Positions 1 to 13,712 of a DNA stretch of 64,000 nt are shown piece by piece. How positions within the stretch are numbered: position 1 is the stretch's first letter; each line of letters starts with the position of its first letter. Made by a program: the position numbers and the translations under genes. The notes under the pieces are model-generated. The model searched no databases. It saw only the letters and a program-made list of their open reading frames with translations, and was not told the origin of the DNA. The stretch is taken from the NCBI GenBank assembly GCA_051294375.1, contig CM119271.1, forward strand, positions 986,721-1,050,720, read 5' to 3'. Source of the DNA: Paraspadella gotoi (Eukaryota > Animalia > Chaetognatha).

Positions 1-151
1 TCGTTATCCTTTCACCTTCCAACCTTATTTTTAAACTTTATAACCTATTTAATTCTGAATTTAAGCTGAAATAGGGTACTTAAGGATAATTTACCCTTAT
101 TGGCTATCCCTAAAAACTTTGTGTTCCAGAAAGACAAGACTTTGTCCTTAC

Positions 152-286
152 CCGGTGATTCAAGGCTTTGTCCCGTTCCTTGTCCTCCGGTTCCTCTTTC
201 GAAAAGAAGGAATAACCGATCCAGAGTGACTCGTAGTCCGCAGGACAATCGGGGATGGACATAGATTGAGAATGTACCGCGACGAC
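152..286 (-). CDS. Unit B exon B14 (NC1; one apparent 1-nt deletion)
   Basis: [27 protein letters not shown] / [17 protein letters not shown]; 135 nt versus 136 for paralogous exon A35. Confidence 0.85.
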
Positions 287-439
287 CTGGAAAGGACAAG
301 GGACGATTTGAGGAGAAAAACAGGCAAAAGGAATAGGGACAAGGAACAAGGACAAGGAGTAAGGGAAACATGGACTTGTGATGCAGTTTGTTTGAAGTAA
401 GGTTTTAAATATCTTTTTCAATCACTAAAACACTATTTC

Positions 440-522
<83 letters not shown>

Positions 523-3501
523 CTCTCCTACTCTCAAGGCGCTCCTTTAAAAATGAAACAACGCGAAAAAAAACTCCGCTTAAAGCCCAGGGTGATTCTA
601 AACCCCCTCACCTGGTTTTCACACTCGCACACGACGCATCGAGAAATGTGGTCGCGATTCCACTCTTGCGTCATCGGGTGAAGCTCGGGGTGCGTGGGGC
701 TTCCGTCGATAACCAGTAGGTGTAGTCGTTTCTTGGGGGGGGCGGGGAGTTTGGGGAGGTGGGGGGGGAAGAAGGGGAGAGGAGGAAGAGAAGGGGAAGA
801 GCGGATGGGAGAAGAATGGGAAGAGAGGGAAGGAAGGGAAATAAAAATAACACGAAAGGAATTGTCACATTATCCATTTGGTTGAAGAGGTAGCTTTTGA
901 AATTGCTTTTCAATTTCTCTTTTTTGACATTTCTTTTTTTAAAGAAACTTGTTCCGCTGCACTGAGAGAATAACCAACATCTCTCTCTCTCTCTCTTTCT
1001 TTCTTTCTCTCTCTCTCTCTTTCTCTCTCTTTCTTTCTCTCTCTCTCTCTCTCTCTGTCAAATACACAGATGTTTTTTTTTTTCTGAAATATTTTTTTAA
1101 CGCTCGTTGAGGTACAGACCCAGGATTCAATTTTTTTTTCCTTTTTTCCTTTCTTTTTTCTCTCTCCTTTCCTTCTCTCAACTTTTAGTTGCACCATTAG
1201 TACACGCGGAGCAACTTTTCGGTCAGTCAATCCGTCTGTCTTTTCGGTCAGTCAATCCGTCTGTCTTTTCGGTCAGTCAATCCGTCTGTAACCTATATAC
1301 GTTTTAAATTCAGCATTTTTATCAATACTTGGTAGTAAGAGTAAGACGATGTACCATATTGTACATTCACGTTAGTCGGTTCTTTTTCTATGAAAAAAAA
1401 ACCTTGGTATAATTCTTTCTTTTCGTTGTTTTTGAGAGATTTACAAAGATCTTTTGAATTTTTTACAACGATTTTAATTTTACATAGCAGACATGTTTCG
1501 ACTCACAATTTTGAGTCTTCTTCAGCGCGTAAAACAGTTTGTGAAAAAAAAACCTTAAAACTCATCTCTCTTCCCTCTTTCCTTCCGTTTACTCTTCCCC
1601 TCCTTTCTCCCTTCTCCCCTCCTCCCCCCTTCTCCCCTTCCTTCTCCCTCCCCCCCCTCCTCCCCCTTTCTCCCCTTCCCCTCTCCCTTCCCTCTTCAAA
1701 CCTCCCTCCCCCCTTTCTCCCTTCCCCCCTCCGCCCCCCCACCTCCCTTCTCCCATCAATAAATAAAAACCTGGTAGCGAAGTAACAGATTTCGTTGAAG
1801 TTGCAAAACATGAAGGGCATCGAGGTGAAGCGGCGAAGACAACTTCCCGGTTTCCCTAAATCTTGTCCGTGGGCGAATTTTCCTCCCTGCGCGTGTCGCC
1901 GGGTTTGGGGGAGTGAGAGGGAGAGGGAGGAAAGGGGGAGGTGTGAGAAGATAAGAGAGGATGGGGGGGAGTGTGCGTGCGACATATGGCGCGGCTTATA
2001 GAGAGCGACGAGTTGCGTCTGGCATATGGCGCGCGTTTGCCGTATTGGAAGTTGTGAAAGTGTGATAAACGGCGTCACGAATTATGATGGAGGAGTGTGG
2101 AAAGAAGCAAAGTGAAAAGGCTCGGATCTCGTGACGTGACGTGACGTGACGTGACGTGACGTGACGTGAAGTAATTCGTCAGCTGATTCGTACGGTTTGT
2201 TGGTGACTCGCTTGTTCAGAGGTATTTGACAACCCAAGTAAACAGATATTTATAATTTCCAAAATTCAAAATTGTCAATCAATTTATGACAAATTGAAAC
2301 TCGAACTTCCTTTGATTAATGTAATCTTATAAAAGTTATATTTTTCTATGACTATGAAGTCAGTTTCCCTTTTTTCGTCGAAACTTAAATTTTTTAATAA
2401 ACTTTAAAATCGAGATTTTTCGTTTCGTTTCCAATTTTGAAATTAGATAACGAAATTTAACTTATGAAAATATATCAGTTAAATTAAAATTCCAGTTTAA
2501 CAATGTACAAATATGATATTAACTGAAAAGAGAACAGGAACTGACTAAAGTTGTTATTAACGTCACTCCAACCCGCCACTGCCACCACGTCCACAATAAA
2601 ATCCACCACTTTGTCCACCATCCACCACCACACCTACTCCTTTCCACCATGACGCTTTTCCACCCTGCGAATCGACTGCCTTCATTTCAATTCAAATCTC
2701 TTTCCAGTTTTAAAATCTCTGCGACTAAAATTCTTCAAACTTTGATCGAGTTTAAAAATTAGTGATTTAATTTCGCTGATAAATGACGAAACGTAAGAGA
2801 TTGAAAGAGTCATTATTCTATGTCCCTCTTAACAAAACTAGGAGACAATATAATGTCAAGTAGTTACGGCTATAAGGCGCTTAATGGGGTGTTAATTAGG
2901 AATAAATCGCTATGAATTTATAGTGCCTGTTGATATTGAACAAGATCCCTTAAATATTTAAGGTCGTAAGTTGTTGAAATTACTGTGTTGGTAAGGAACG
3001 GGTGGTCTTTAAATTGACCCCTTTGAACCATGGCTACTGCACACTACTGCACACTACTGCACCTTACTGCACACTACCGCACAACCACGGAAATAATTAT
3101 ATTCTCAACGATTTTTTTTGCAATATTTTTCATATGGCCATATTTTCGGTTAAATTCGGAATTTATTAAATTATAAATTTTAAAGATTATAGTTAAGAAT
3201 TAGGGTTAAGAATTGAGTTCAGTATTTGTTAATATATTTGGGTTAGATATATATATATATATATTCAGGGATTAAGAACAGAAACGGGGCGCTTACGGAA
3301 AACAGTACCGATTTTTTTTAGATGAGTAAATATTTTTTTAATTTAAATTCCTATGAATTAGAATTTTACTTCCTCCTCCTCTTCCTCCTCCTCCTCCTCC
3401 TCCTCCCTACCTGAATGTAGACGAGCGAGTATCCCTCCCAAAGACTGTCGAGTTGCCGGGACAGAGCGGGACTCGTGCGTTTGACTGTGCCTTTGAACGG
3501 G

Positions 3502-3589
<88 letters not shown>

Positions 3590-6500
3590 TTTAAAGTCTC
3601 GTCTGTTGATCTTTCCGAGGGAACGATTCGATCTAACGATTTGAAAACAAACGATCAACAAAAAAACGTTTTTTCTCGATCACTTTGAAAAAGGGGGGGG
3701 GGCGAAAAGGGGGCGGGAAGGGAGGGCAGAGATCTTTGTGCGTTGTGGGAAGTAGGGCCAGGGGTGAGGTGGGAAGTAGGGCCAGGGGTGAGGTGCAGAG
3801 GGGTAGAAAGTAGACAGTAGACCCCCTCAATGAAGTCGAGGGGGGGCGGAGCTAAGAAAGGTGTGGCTCACGAATAAGTGTTTTTCACTTTCACGTGAGT
3901 GTGACTCATTTCTCGGTTGATGGAGGCGTGAATCGGTTCAACGATGGAATAAGGGTTCATTCACTCACGTCCTCCCCTCTCCCCACAAATTACCCACAAA
4001 ACCACATGGGGGGGGGGAGCGAAAAAAAAACCAATCGGTTCAGTTTGTTTTTCCTTCTTTTCGCGATTCAATTATTCAAACGCGGAATCACCGATTCTCA
4101 CTTCGGTTGTGAGAAAAAAACCAACTCGTTACGTTTCGTTCAAAACTTAAACAAATTCTCTGATTTTTTTCAGTCTATTAATCCATTCGTCAAACTCAGC
4201 ATTACACAATGCACAGTTGTACAATAAACATAATGTTGTAGTGATGTAATATCTATATCCGTATTAGCGCGTTGGGCTTAACAGTTCATCTACGAACCAG
4301 ATGGTCGCGGATTCTAGTCCAGCACGGTCCTTGCAAAAAGAAGATCGGGTAAACTCTACTGCCGGACTTAAAGTTCCGGAAAATAAAATCTCTAAGACCC
4401 ACTGAGTTGGGGCTATTTACATCGTCATAGGTTCTCGCTTTATCCCCCTCTACTCTTGGTCACTCCGAAGCGGCAACAAGTTACAGTTTCCTACTACTAT
4501 AAAATTGCCTCTTATTAATTAATAATTACTATTCATTCTTTAAACTTTTTCCATCTCTCGACCCCTGCGGAAAATGTTTAAGATTTTCCATCTGGTGAGA
4601 CGTACGTTTCTCGTTTCACCCGTACCGAAAAGACTTGACATGAGTCGCCGTAGGAATTAAGAAGAAGAAAGTCCTTTTATCAAATATGTAAACGTTTATT
4701 TCTACATAAAAAAGGAACTCGGATACTCGCAAAAATGGTGTTTCTCCGGGCGAAACAATTTCACATGAGTTTACAAATTAATCTTGCTTAATCTCAAATT
4801 AAACTCAAGTATATCGAGACATGAGATGAAGCGCGCGAAAATATTGGCCGTACATAAAACTGGCCACAGATAAAATTGGCTCAAACGAGGTGAAACATCT
4901 TTAACAATCTCTCTATCCTAACCTGACGAACGTAAAGCCTTTCGGATGGGGCAGGTCGGCTGGCTGGCCCTTTTCCCCGGCGGCCCCGTCAGGCCCCATC
5001 GCCCCGTCCGTGCCATGTCCGCCGGCATTGCCTGGTGGACCCGGTTTGCCCGGGGATCCGTTCGTGCCTGGAGGACCGTGATCGCCTGGGAAACCGGGCA
5101 GTCCGTCGAGGCCTGGAAAATAAAGAGGGGAATAGATAGGAGGATTGGATAGGATAGGAATAGGTAGGAGGATTGGATTATGGATAGGATAGGAATAGGT
5201 ATGCGGATTAGAAGATTAGCCACAGGTAATCCACTAGACAGTTTTGTTTTTAGTACAGGATAAACAGATGGATAGATGTTTACATAGTTAGAAAGAAATA
5301 TAAAAGTTGACGGAATTGTAAAAATATATAGAAATGTTGAGCCTAAAAATAAGGAATTTTTCCATTTTCGTCACTTTTAAAACTCGCTTTCCAATTCAAA
5401 TTTTATTGCGTTTATTTTTTAAAATAAAACAAAAAACAAAAAAATAAAAAGTTAATTTATTGAATTACGATTTTTTCGATGTTTTGTTTTTATTTCAAAT
5501 TTAATTTAAATTTTGCCAAAAATAAAAGTTTCGTTCAGACTAGCTTGGAATATTGAATAAGGCAATTTTATCCATTGTTATTTATCATTAAGCTTTTTTA
5601 GTCTAACTGAACTTTCAGAACATAAAGCATAATGCTAAATATCTTTCTACTTTCCCCTGACTTTTCACAGTGAAGCTTCTATCTTTTTTTATTTTCATAA
5701 AAAAAAAAAATAGAAATTCAATGAATTTGCTCGAAGATGCGGAAGCAAAAAATCGACTTGATTCGTCGTCGTTGTCATTGTAAAAAAATGACAGATTGAT
5801 AAACTGTCATTGTTGTGAATAAGGCTGAAGATTACCATCCGTATCCTCTGTGCCCCTCTGCAGCAATAAAACAGTAACTGTGCTTGGAACCAGGCTTGAG
5901 GGTTTTCCAAGCCCCCAAGCGGTTTACGGCCGTCCTCAAGATTCGCACAGGAAAAGTAATGGGCATCGATCCCGGGACCTAATGGTGATGAGCTGATGAA
6001 TTTACTCAATAAGCCACCGTTTCAAGAGTGAAGGCGTCGTGCTTATAGGCGGGGTAAACTTATGCAATGCCCGACTACATTATCGACAAAAAGACAGACT
6101 GATGAACTGTCATTGTTGACAAAATGACAGACTGATAAACTGTCATTGTTGACAAAATGACAGACTGATAAACTGTCATTGTTGACAAAATGACAGACTG
6201 ATGAACTGTCATTGTTGACAAAATGACAGACTGATAAACTGTCATTGTTGACAAAATGAAAGACTGATAAACTATCACTGTTGACGAAATGACAGACTGA
6301 TGAACTGTCATTCTTAATAAGGCAGCAGAAAGAGCTCATGAACCAAAAACGAAGAAAAAAAGAAAGCGGAAATCCTTCACGAAAAAGAATCTCACCGCGT
6401 TCCACATAAGAGGATAACTTTTTTCATTTTCTTCTATTACATACGGAATGAAAAGACTTAGCTTCCGGATCTTACGCAAGTACATCGATGCAAAACTAAA

Positions 6501-9500
6501 TTTGATTGAACGCAGGAAATCAGGTTAGCATAAAAATTGATAGTATAAAAACAAGTTTGAGCAAACAATGTCGGATCTGCCTACAATAATTAAACGATAA
6601 ATCACAATATTTTTAAAATTTTTTTAACTCGCATCATTTTTTGAACTCGCATCATTTTTTCAACTCATCATTTTTTCAATTTACATTATTTTTACAATTC
6701 GCATCATTTTTTTTAACTTGCATCATTTTTTCAGATTTCATAATTTTTTTAACTTGCATAATTTCTTCAACTTGCATAATTTTTTCAACTTGCATAATTT
6801 TTAATAAAAAAATAAAAATAAAACCCCCCTGTCGACCTAATCGACAGTTGGAGCTTCTTCTCCCGGCATCCTCGGTCTTCCTCCCGTCTCCGTGCTCCAA
6901 CTGTCAATTGTACACTTATTATATAAAGTATTTTATGTATTTTGGTATTTTTCGAATTTTGGTATTTTTTATTTTGAAAACGTTTTTGCATGTTTAAACC
7001 GGTACAGAGACCTGGTTGTGAATATTATTGTATTTTAGTAGCATTACTATATTATTTATCCACATTCTGTTCAATCACTCAAGATAGATGACAACAATTA
7101 TTTTGTTCTAATATTTAAGACCATATATTATAACAGGGGGGCAATGCCCCGGGGGCATGGAGCCGCTCGAGTGAATCAAATCTATTACAGAAATATTTCC
7201 TCCACTTATGGGATTCGAACCATCGAACTCAAGCTCTGGACGACCTGAGTTACAACTCAGAGCCATCCAGACAGCCCTGATTCCTCAGAGAATCTAAACC
7301 TATTTAAAACTTTAAAAACAAAGAAAACGAAGTTGGCGCCAAATGGCGCCAAGACATCTTTTGGTGAACAGAGCAAGCAACTGTTTTAAGAAAAACAAAA
7401 GATTTCTAAATCGAGATTTAAAGCTTTAAATGAAAACAAAATCGCTGAGAAATCAGGGCCCTCTGAGTGGCCCAGAGCTGTAGCTCGAGTCACTCAGAAC
7501 TTGAGTTTGATGGTTCAAATCCAAACATGGATGAATTATTTCTATGAAAGATCTTATTCGCTCAAGTGGCCGCATGCCCCCCTGTTGTAATATATGGTTA
7601 AATATATTAAAACAAAAATGTTGTCGTCCATCTTGTGTGACTGAATGTATGTTGATAATAAATATATCAAAATATATAGTAATATATGCAACAAGGTCTA
7701 AAGACCGGTTTAAAATGTGTAACGAAAAATAAAATTGAAAAATTTCCAAAATAACAACAAAAATTTACAAAATACAAAAACACTATGGGTAACGATGTAA
7801 TATTGACAGTCGGAGCGAGGAGACGGGAGGAAGACCGAGGATGCTGGGACGAAGATGCTCCGACTGTCGATTAGGTCGACAGGGGGGTTTTATTTTTGTT
7901 TTCTTCGTCGTTGTTGTTGTTGTCATTCTGTATTTTTTGACGTCGAAGCATCTACTTGAGCACGACCGAGTAAGTGGGTCGATTAGTGATTTATAGCAGG
8001 ATGCCGTTGGTTTTGAGAATCTTTTGATCGTTTGTTCGTTTTTCCTTTTCATTGTTGTTGTTGTTGTGATTCTCTCTTCTCGCTTCTGGGGATTGACTCG
8101 TCTCGCGTGGAGGCTGAGGAGAGAGGGAGGGAGGAAAAAACGTAAAGGGGAGGAGGGTGGGTCGGGGGAAGGTGGGTGGTTGGGAGTGAGAGGGGGAAGG
8201 AGGAGGAGGAGGAGGAACCGGTTCGGGCGACGCTGCGCGTTGAATATTTGAACGAGTTGTCCGAGTTGTTTCTGCCGGCGTCCTCGTTCGTAGGCCGGGC
8301 TGGCGGCCTGCTGGGCGTGCTGAGGATTCCCTGATCAACCTCAAACGTCTCGTCGAAAACCCACGCTGGTTTGACGCGGGTGATGTTTAGCGTTTCCGGC
8401 CTTTACTTGGGATTTTGATGGTGACGTTAAGGCCGTTGCGATTCACTACACGGTAAGGTCCTTCATATGGTGCTGTAAGTGGAGGGTGAACGTCTGCTCG
8501 CCTGACGAAAAACGTGTTGAGCAGTGTCGAGATTGGTCGGGAATGGATAACGGGTTTTGATGATTAAGATTCGAAAGTTGACGCCGTCACTGTTGTTGTA
8601 AGGCTGCGTTGTCGAGTTGAAAGTCGTCGACGATGCATCCGGGGACGCTAATGCCTTCCCCGATGACCATGTCCGCTGCTGACGCCCCGATGTCTTCTTT
8701 TATCGTTGTTCTTATCGCTAGAAGAGTCATCGGCAATTTCCAAAACCATTTGTCTCGATTTTCCTTCGCTAAGGCGATGAGCGATTCTTTGAGTCGCCTG
8801 TGAAAGCTGATGCTTTATGATGCTTTATCCCCATTGTTTCATCAGTTGTCTCCACAAAGCTGAGTTGAATTGTGTTCCCCTGTCTGTAGTGAATACAGAC
8901 GGGGTACCGAATACACTTATCCACTTGAGGCTCAAAGCGTCTAAGATCGTTGAAGTGAGGGTGTTGGGAATTGGGATGGCCGCCGGCCATCTCGAGAAAT
9001 GATCTACGATTGTAAGAAGATGGGCATATCCATTGGAGCTGGGCATTTTTACTAAATCTAAATTTAGATGCTGAAATCTCCGTTGCGGAATTTTAAATTG
9101 GCCTATTTCCGGTACTACGTGGCATGTTACTTTTGCCCTCGGACGGACGGACGGACGGACATTTTTTTTGCATAATTAATCATAATTCGATGTTCTGACA
9201 TGATATAAGTTAGTGCCCGACAATATGGAGGGGGCGGACCGACGGACCGACAAAGTGAATTATAGAGTCGGGATCTGCTGATAAGCAGATCCGACTAAAA
9301 ATTTTAGTTTAAATATTGGAAATTGTCATTTCTTTGGAGTCTTTTTTATAGGCTGGTTGAACTTATTACCATCTTCATATATAAAAACAAGATAATATTA
9401 AACAAAAGACACACGACCAATTCCGCTTCACGTAGTCCCCCCTTTACCTCCAGGACCCCTCACCCCGGCGGGGCCCATTTCTCCATCCACACCCATCATC

Positions 9501-11156
9501 CCGCGGGGGACGAATGCCGGAGGCGCCGGATCTCCCCTGACGCCCTTGGAGCCGGCCGCCCCTTGAGGCCCGGGCTTTCCCGGCTTCCCGCGTTTCCCCA
9601 AGGCGCCCGGCACGCCCTTCTCGCCTTCGCGGCCTCTGGCGCCAGCGGGGCCGTCTGGGCCTGGCATTCCTCGGGCGCCGGGAACGCCGGAAACGCCGAA
9701 TTGACCCTTAAGGGGGGAGAGAGAGAAGCGGGAAAATAATTGGTTGGGGGGTAAAGATAAAATTAAAGACAGACAGAGAGAGAGAGAGAGAGAAGAATAC
9801 ATAACCATTAACCAAGAATTACATTAAAATTTTCCAAAAAGAGTTTATCCTTTCCTTACCCACAAATCTTTCACATCCAAAATACCCACACCCCACAAAA
9901 CTCTTTCAAATCTCCACGATCCCGTTTCCCTACTCAACCCCCCTTTCTCCCTCTCTCCCTCTTCTCCCGATTTCTCACCGGTCTCCCTCCGATTCCAGGG
10001 AATCCCCTCGCCCCTTTGGTTCCGGCCAAGCCCGGCAGCCCGCGGGCTCCGATCCGGCCGGGCTCGCCGAGGAGGCCCTTGAGTCCGACGAGGCCGCCCC
10101 GGCCGGGCGTGCCGGATCGTTTGTCCAATCCGCACATGCCCTTTCGTCCCGGGATGCCCTAAAGAATGAGGGGGTTGGAGGAGGGAAGGGAGTGATATGA
10201 GTTGAGATTGAAGAATGAAGATCTGTTTATCGTTGGACAGACATCTTCATGTTGTACGTTGCAGAAATATTGATAAATAAAAACGAAATAAGTAAAAACG
10301 AAAAAAATTTTAAAAGAAAAGTATTTTTTTCCTGTCCTCTCTTATTCTCCTCTCCATTTACACCGTATCTTTTTATCTATCTCTCTTCTCCATTTTTTCC
10401 GGGTTTTTATCGAGCCTTGACCGGCGAAGCCGGGTTCAGGCTCTATAATGTTTTAGGGTTGCTTCTTTGTGACGTAGTCGTCGTCGTCGTCCGTCCGTCA
10501 CGCTGTTTTCATATATAAAAACTACTACGCTTTTATAGGTTTGGCTGTGACTTACCGTTTTTTTTTTAAATAAAAATTATTATGAATTATGATAAAGTTT
10601 TACAAAAGTGTGCGATCATAGTAAGTTAAAAATTTAGATATGGCTTTTCATCTTGAAATAGCTGTGATATTTTCATATTACATTTGGATTTAAGTATTTT
10701 TTGTTTGAATTTCCACTTCATTATGATTTACTGCAATATGCAAATGAGATTAAAGTACTCATTATAATATCCAAATTAGTATATAGAAATGCTTTAATCT
10801 AATTTACATATTGCAGTATATAATATTGAAGATGAAATTCAAAAAATTTGTTATAAATTTTTAATAAAAATGGGAACTCAAAGGATTTTTTTAATGAGAA
10901 GCTATATCTTAATTTTAATACAAATAAAAATAAAATCTTTTACAAGCTGCGATTGGAAAAAATTGGAAAAATTTCCAATTGTAAACAATTGTAACATATT
11001 TTTGCCTTTCTTTTATTTCTTAAAATTATTTTCTCTTTTAGAAAAAACGAGTTCAGTCTCTGCAGTGACTGTACAGCGGCCTTCCAGCAGCTGTCCAGCT
11101 TTGTTTCTCTCTGTCTGACTCTCTCTGTGAGTCTCTCTCTGTGACTCTCTCTGTCT

Positions 11157-11196
<40 letters not shown>

Positions 11197-12701
11197 CGAT
11201 TTCTTGCGTGATCGTTCGTTTTTGAAAAATTATGATTATTTTTTTCCTTCTAAAAACTTTTATTATCACCATTATCCCAAATTTAACATCCAAGATTTTC
11301 GTGGATTTATTTTAGAAAAAGTGAAGAATAACTCATACGTCAGAAATTTTACGCTTCTCTCCATCTCTCTCCGTCGCTAACATGATTGTTATTAAAGAAA
11401 AAAAAATATAATAAGCAAATAGCATATTTAATACAGATTTACATTGCCAGAGGAAATCTTTTTATACTCTGTCCAATGTTGTTGATTTTTTTTTTTTTTT
11501 TTTAGTCGGATCTGCTTATCAGCAGATCCCGACTCTATAACTCACTTTTTATAACTCACTTTTTCGGTCCGTCGGTCCGCCCCCTCAATATTGTCGGGCA
11601 CTACACTTATATCATGTCAGAACATCGAATTATGATATAATTATGCAAAAAAATGATGTGTCCGTGTCCGTCCGTCCGTCCGTCCGTCCGTCCGTCCGTC
11701 CCACCTTAGCAAAAAACACCAATTACTCGTGATTGGATGGATGGATTTAAATGAAATTTTGTGTGTGGATAGGTAAGTGTGTGATTGAGCTGGATATTAA
11801 GTTTCGATGGAATCGTCCGAAGTGGAAATGAGTTTAAATGGAAAAACAAAAAAATATATTCACTATTTGAACACCAATTGCTCATGAGTGGATGGGCTGA
11901 TTGACCTGGAATTTTGTATGTGGGTAGGAAAGTGTGTGATTGAACAGGAAATCAAGTTTCGATGGAATAGTTTGAGTGGAAATGAGTTTAAATGGAAAAA
12001 AACAAAAAACCTGTTTTACTAATTGATTATGCTTCTTTTTCCTTTTATATTAAATGTATCTGCAGGATGTATTAATAAATCAAATAATTAATCAGTTAAT
12101 TAATCAATTAGTAAATAAATTAATCAATAATTAATTAATTAGTCAATCAATCCGTCCATCCGTCCCATCTTAGCAAAAAGCTCCAATAACTCGTGATTGG
12201 CTGGTTGGATTGGAATTAAATTTTGTGTGTGGGTAGGAAAGTGTGTGATAAAGCTGGATATAAAATTCGATGGAATCGTGTGAGTGGAAATTAGTTTAAA
12301 TGGAAAAAACATAAGTCGAATTTACTAAAATCTTTTTACTTATTTTAACCAATAAATACTCCAATTAATCATAATTGGATGGATAGATTGAGTTGAAATT
12401 TTGTGTGTGGGTAGGAAAACGTATGACGAAGCTTGATATAAAGTTTCAGTGGAAACGTACCAGTGGAAATGAGTTTAAATGAAAAAATATGAGTCACATT
12501 TACTTGAATCTTTTTATTTATTTTAACCCATGATAGATTGAGATGAAATTTTTTGAGCCGGTAGGAAGTGAGTGAGAAGCTAGATATAAAGTTTTGACGG
12601 AATGCAGTTGAAAAAATTATGCAAGTTGAAAAAATGATGCAAGTTGAAAAATGATGCAAGTTAAAAAAATCTTAAAAGCATAAGGATCGTCGCTATTGCA
12701 T

Positions 12702-12744
<43 letters not shown>

Positions 12745-13107
12745 GAGAGAGAGAGAAGAGTGAGAAAAAATAAAAAAAATCTTAAAAGACTCAAGATCGA
12801 GCCAGAGCCCATATCATAGAAAATTAATGAAAAAAACCGGGAAAAAAACGAATGAATCATGCGATAACGAATTGTTATGTACTAGTAATGATTGAGGTAA
12901 TACTAATTGATTGATGTAATAGTAATTTATTGATGTAATAGGAATTGATTATTGATTCGATGATAATCAATTATTGATGCGATGATAGTCATTCACTGCT
13001 GTGATGATAGTCATTCAGTGATGCGATGATTGTCATTCATTGATGCGATGATTGTCATTCATTGATGCGATGATAGTCAATAAAAACAAACAAATGCGTG
13101 TATGAGT

Positions 13108-13161
<54 letters not shown>

Positions 13162-13655
13162 AAGAAAGAGAGGAGAGAGAAAGAGAGAGAGAGAGAGAGA
13201 AAGAAAGAGAATAAATCCACGAAAATCTCGGATGAAAATATGGGATTTTGTATTGAAAAAAGCGCGGAATAAAATGGCAATAATAAAAAGTTTTAGAAGG
13301 AAAAAAATAATCAGAATTTTTCAAAAACAAACGATCACGCAAAAAGATCGGACAGATAGGGACAGACACCACAGAGAGACAGAGAGACAGAGAGAGAGAG
13401 AAAAAAGAGAGAGAGAGAGAGACAGCCGCTGCAGAGAAAAAGAAAAGAGAAAGAACGATATTAATAATTAGAAAGAGAGAGAGAGAGAGAGCTCTACAGC
13501 CCCTTTACTCGTTAAAGAATCAGCAGTACTTATGCGCGCGCACGTAGTCGTGAGCTATTTCTCTACCCAAAGGACCCGGAGTTCGCGCCCTGTTCGTGGC
13601 ATCGTTTTTTACATTAGTGAACCCACATTATATCTAAAATTTTTTGTAAAAAAAA

Positions 13656-13712
<57 letters not shown>

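Larger units (their letters stand above)
6551..9296 (-). mobile_element. Non-autonomous Helentron/HINE (DINE-1-like) element carrying nested insertions
   Basis: 5' end AGTCGGATCTGCTTATCAGCAGATCCCGACT hairpin plus (CCGT)n; 3' subterminal repeat GCAGATCCGAC followed by hairpin GTTTG-CT-CAAAC; T-rich flanks. Confidence 0.65.

Noticed and set aside
6085-6312. Hairpin-containing 33-bp repeats resembling a CRISPR array
   Set aside because: Units are directly tandem with no unique spacers, the context is eukaryotic, and there are no cas genes.
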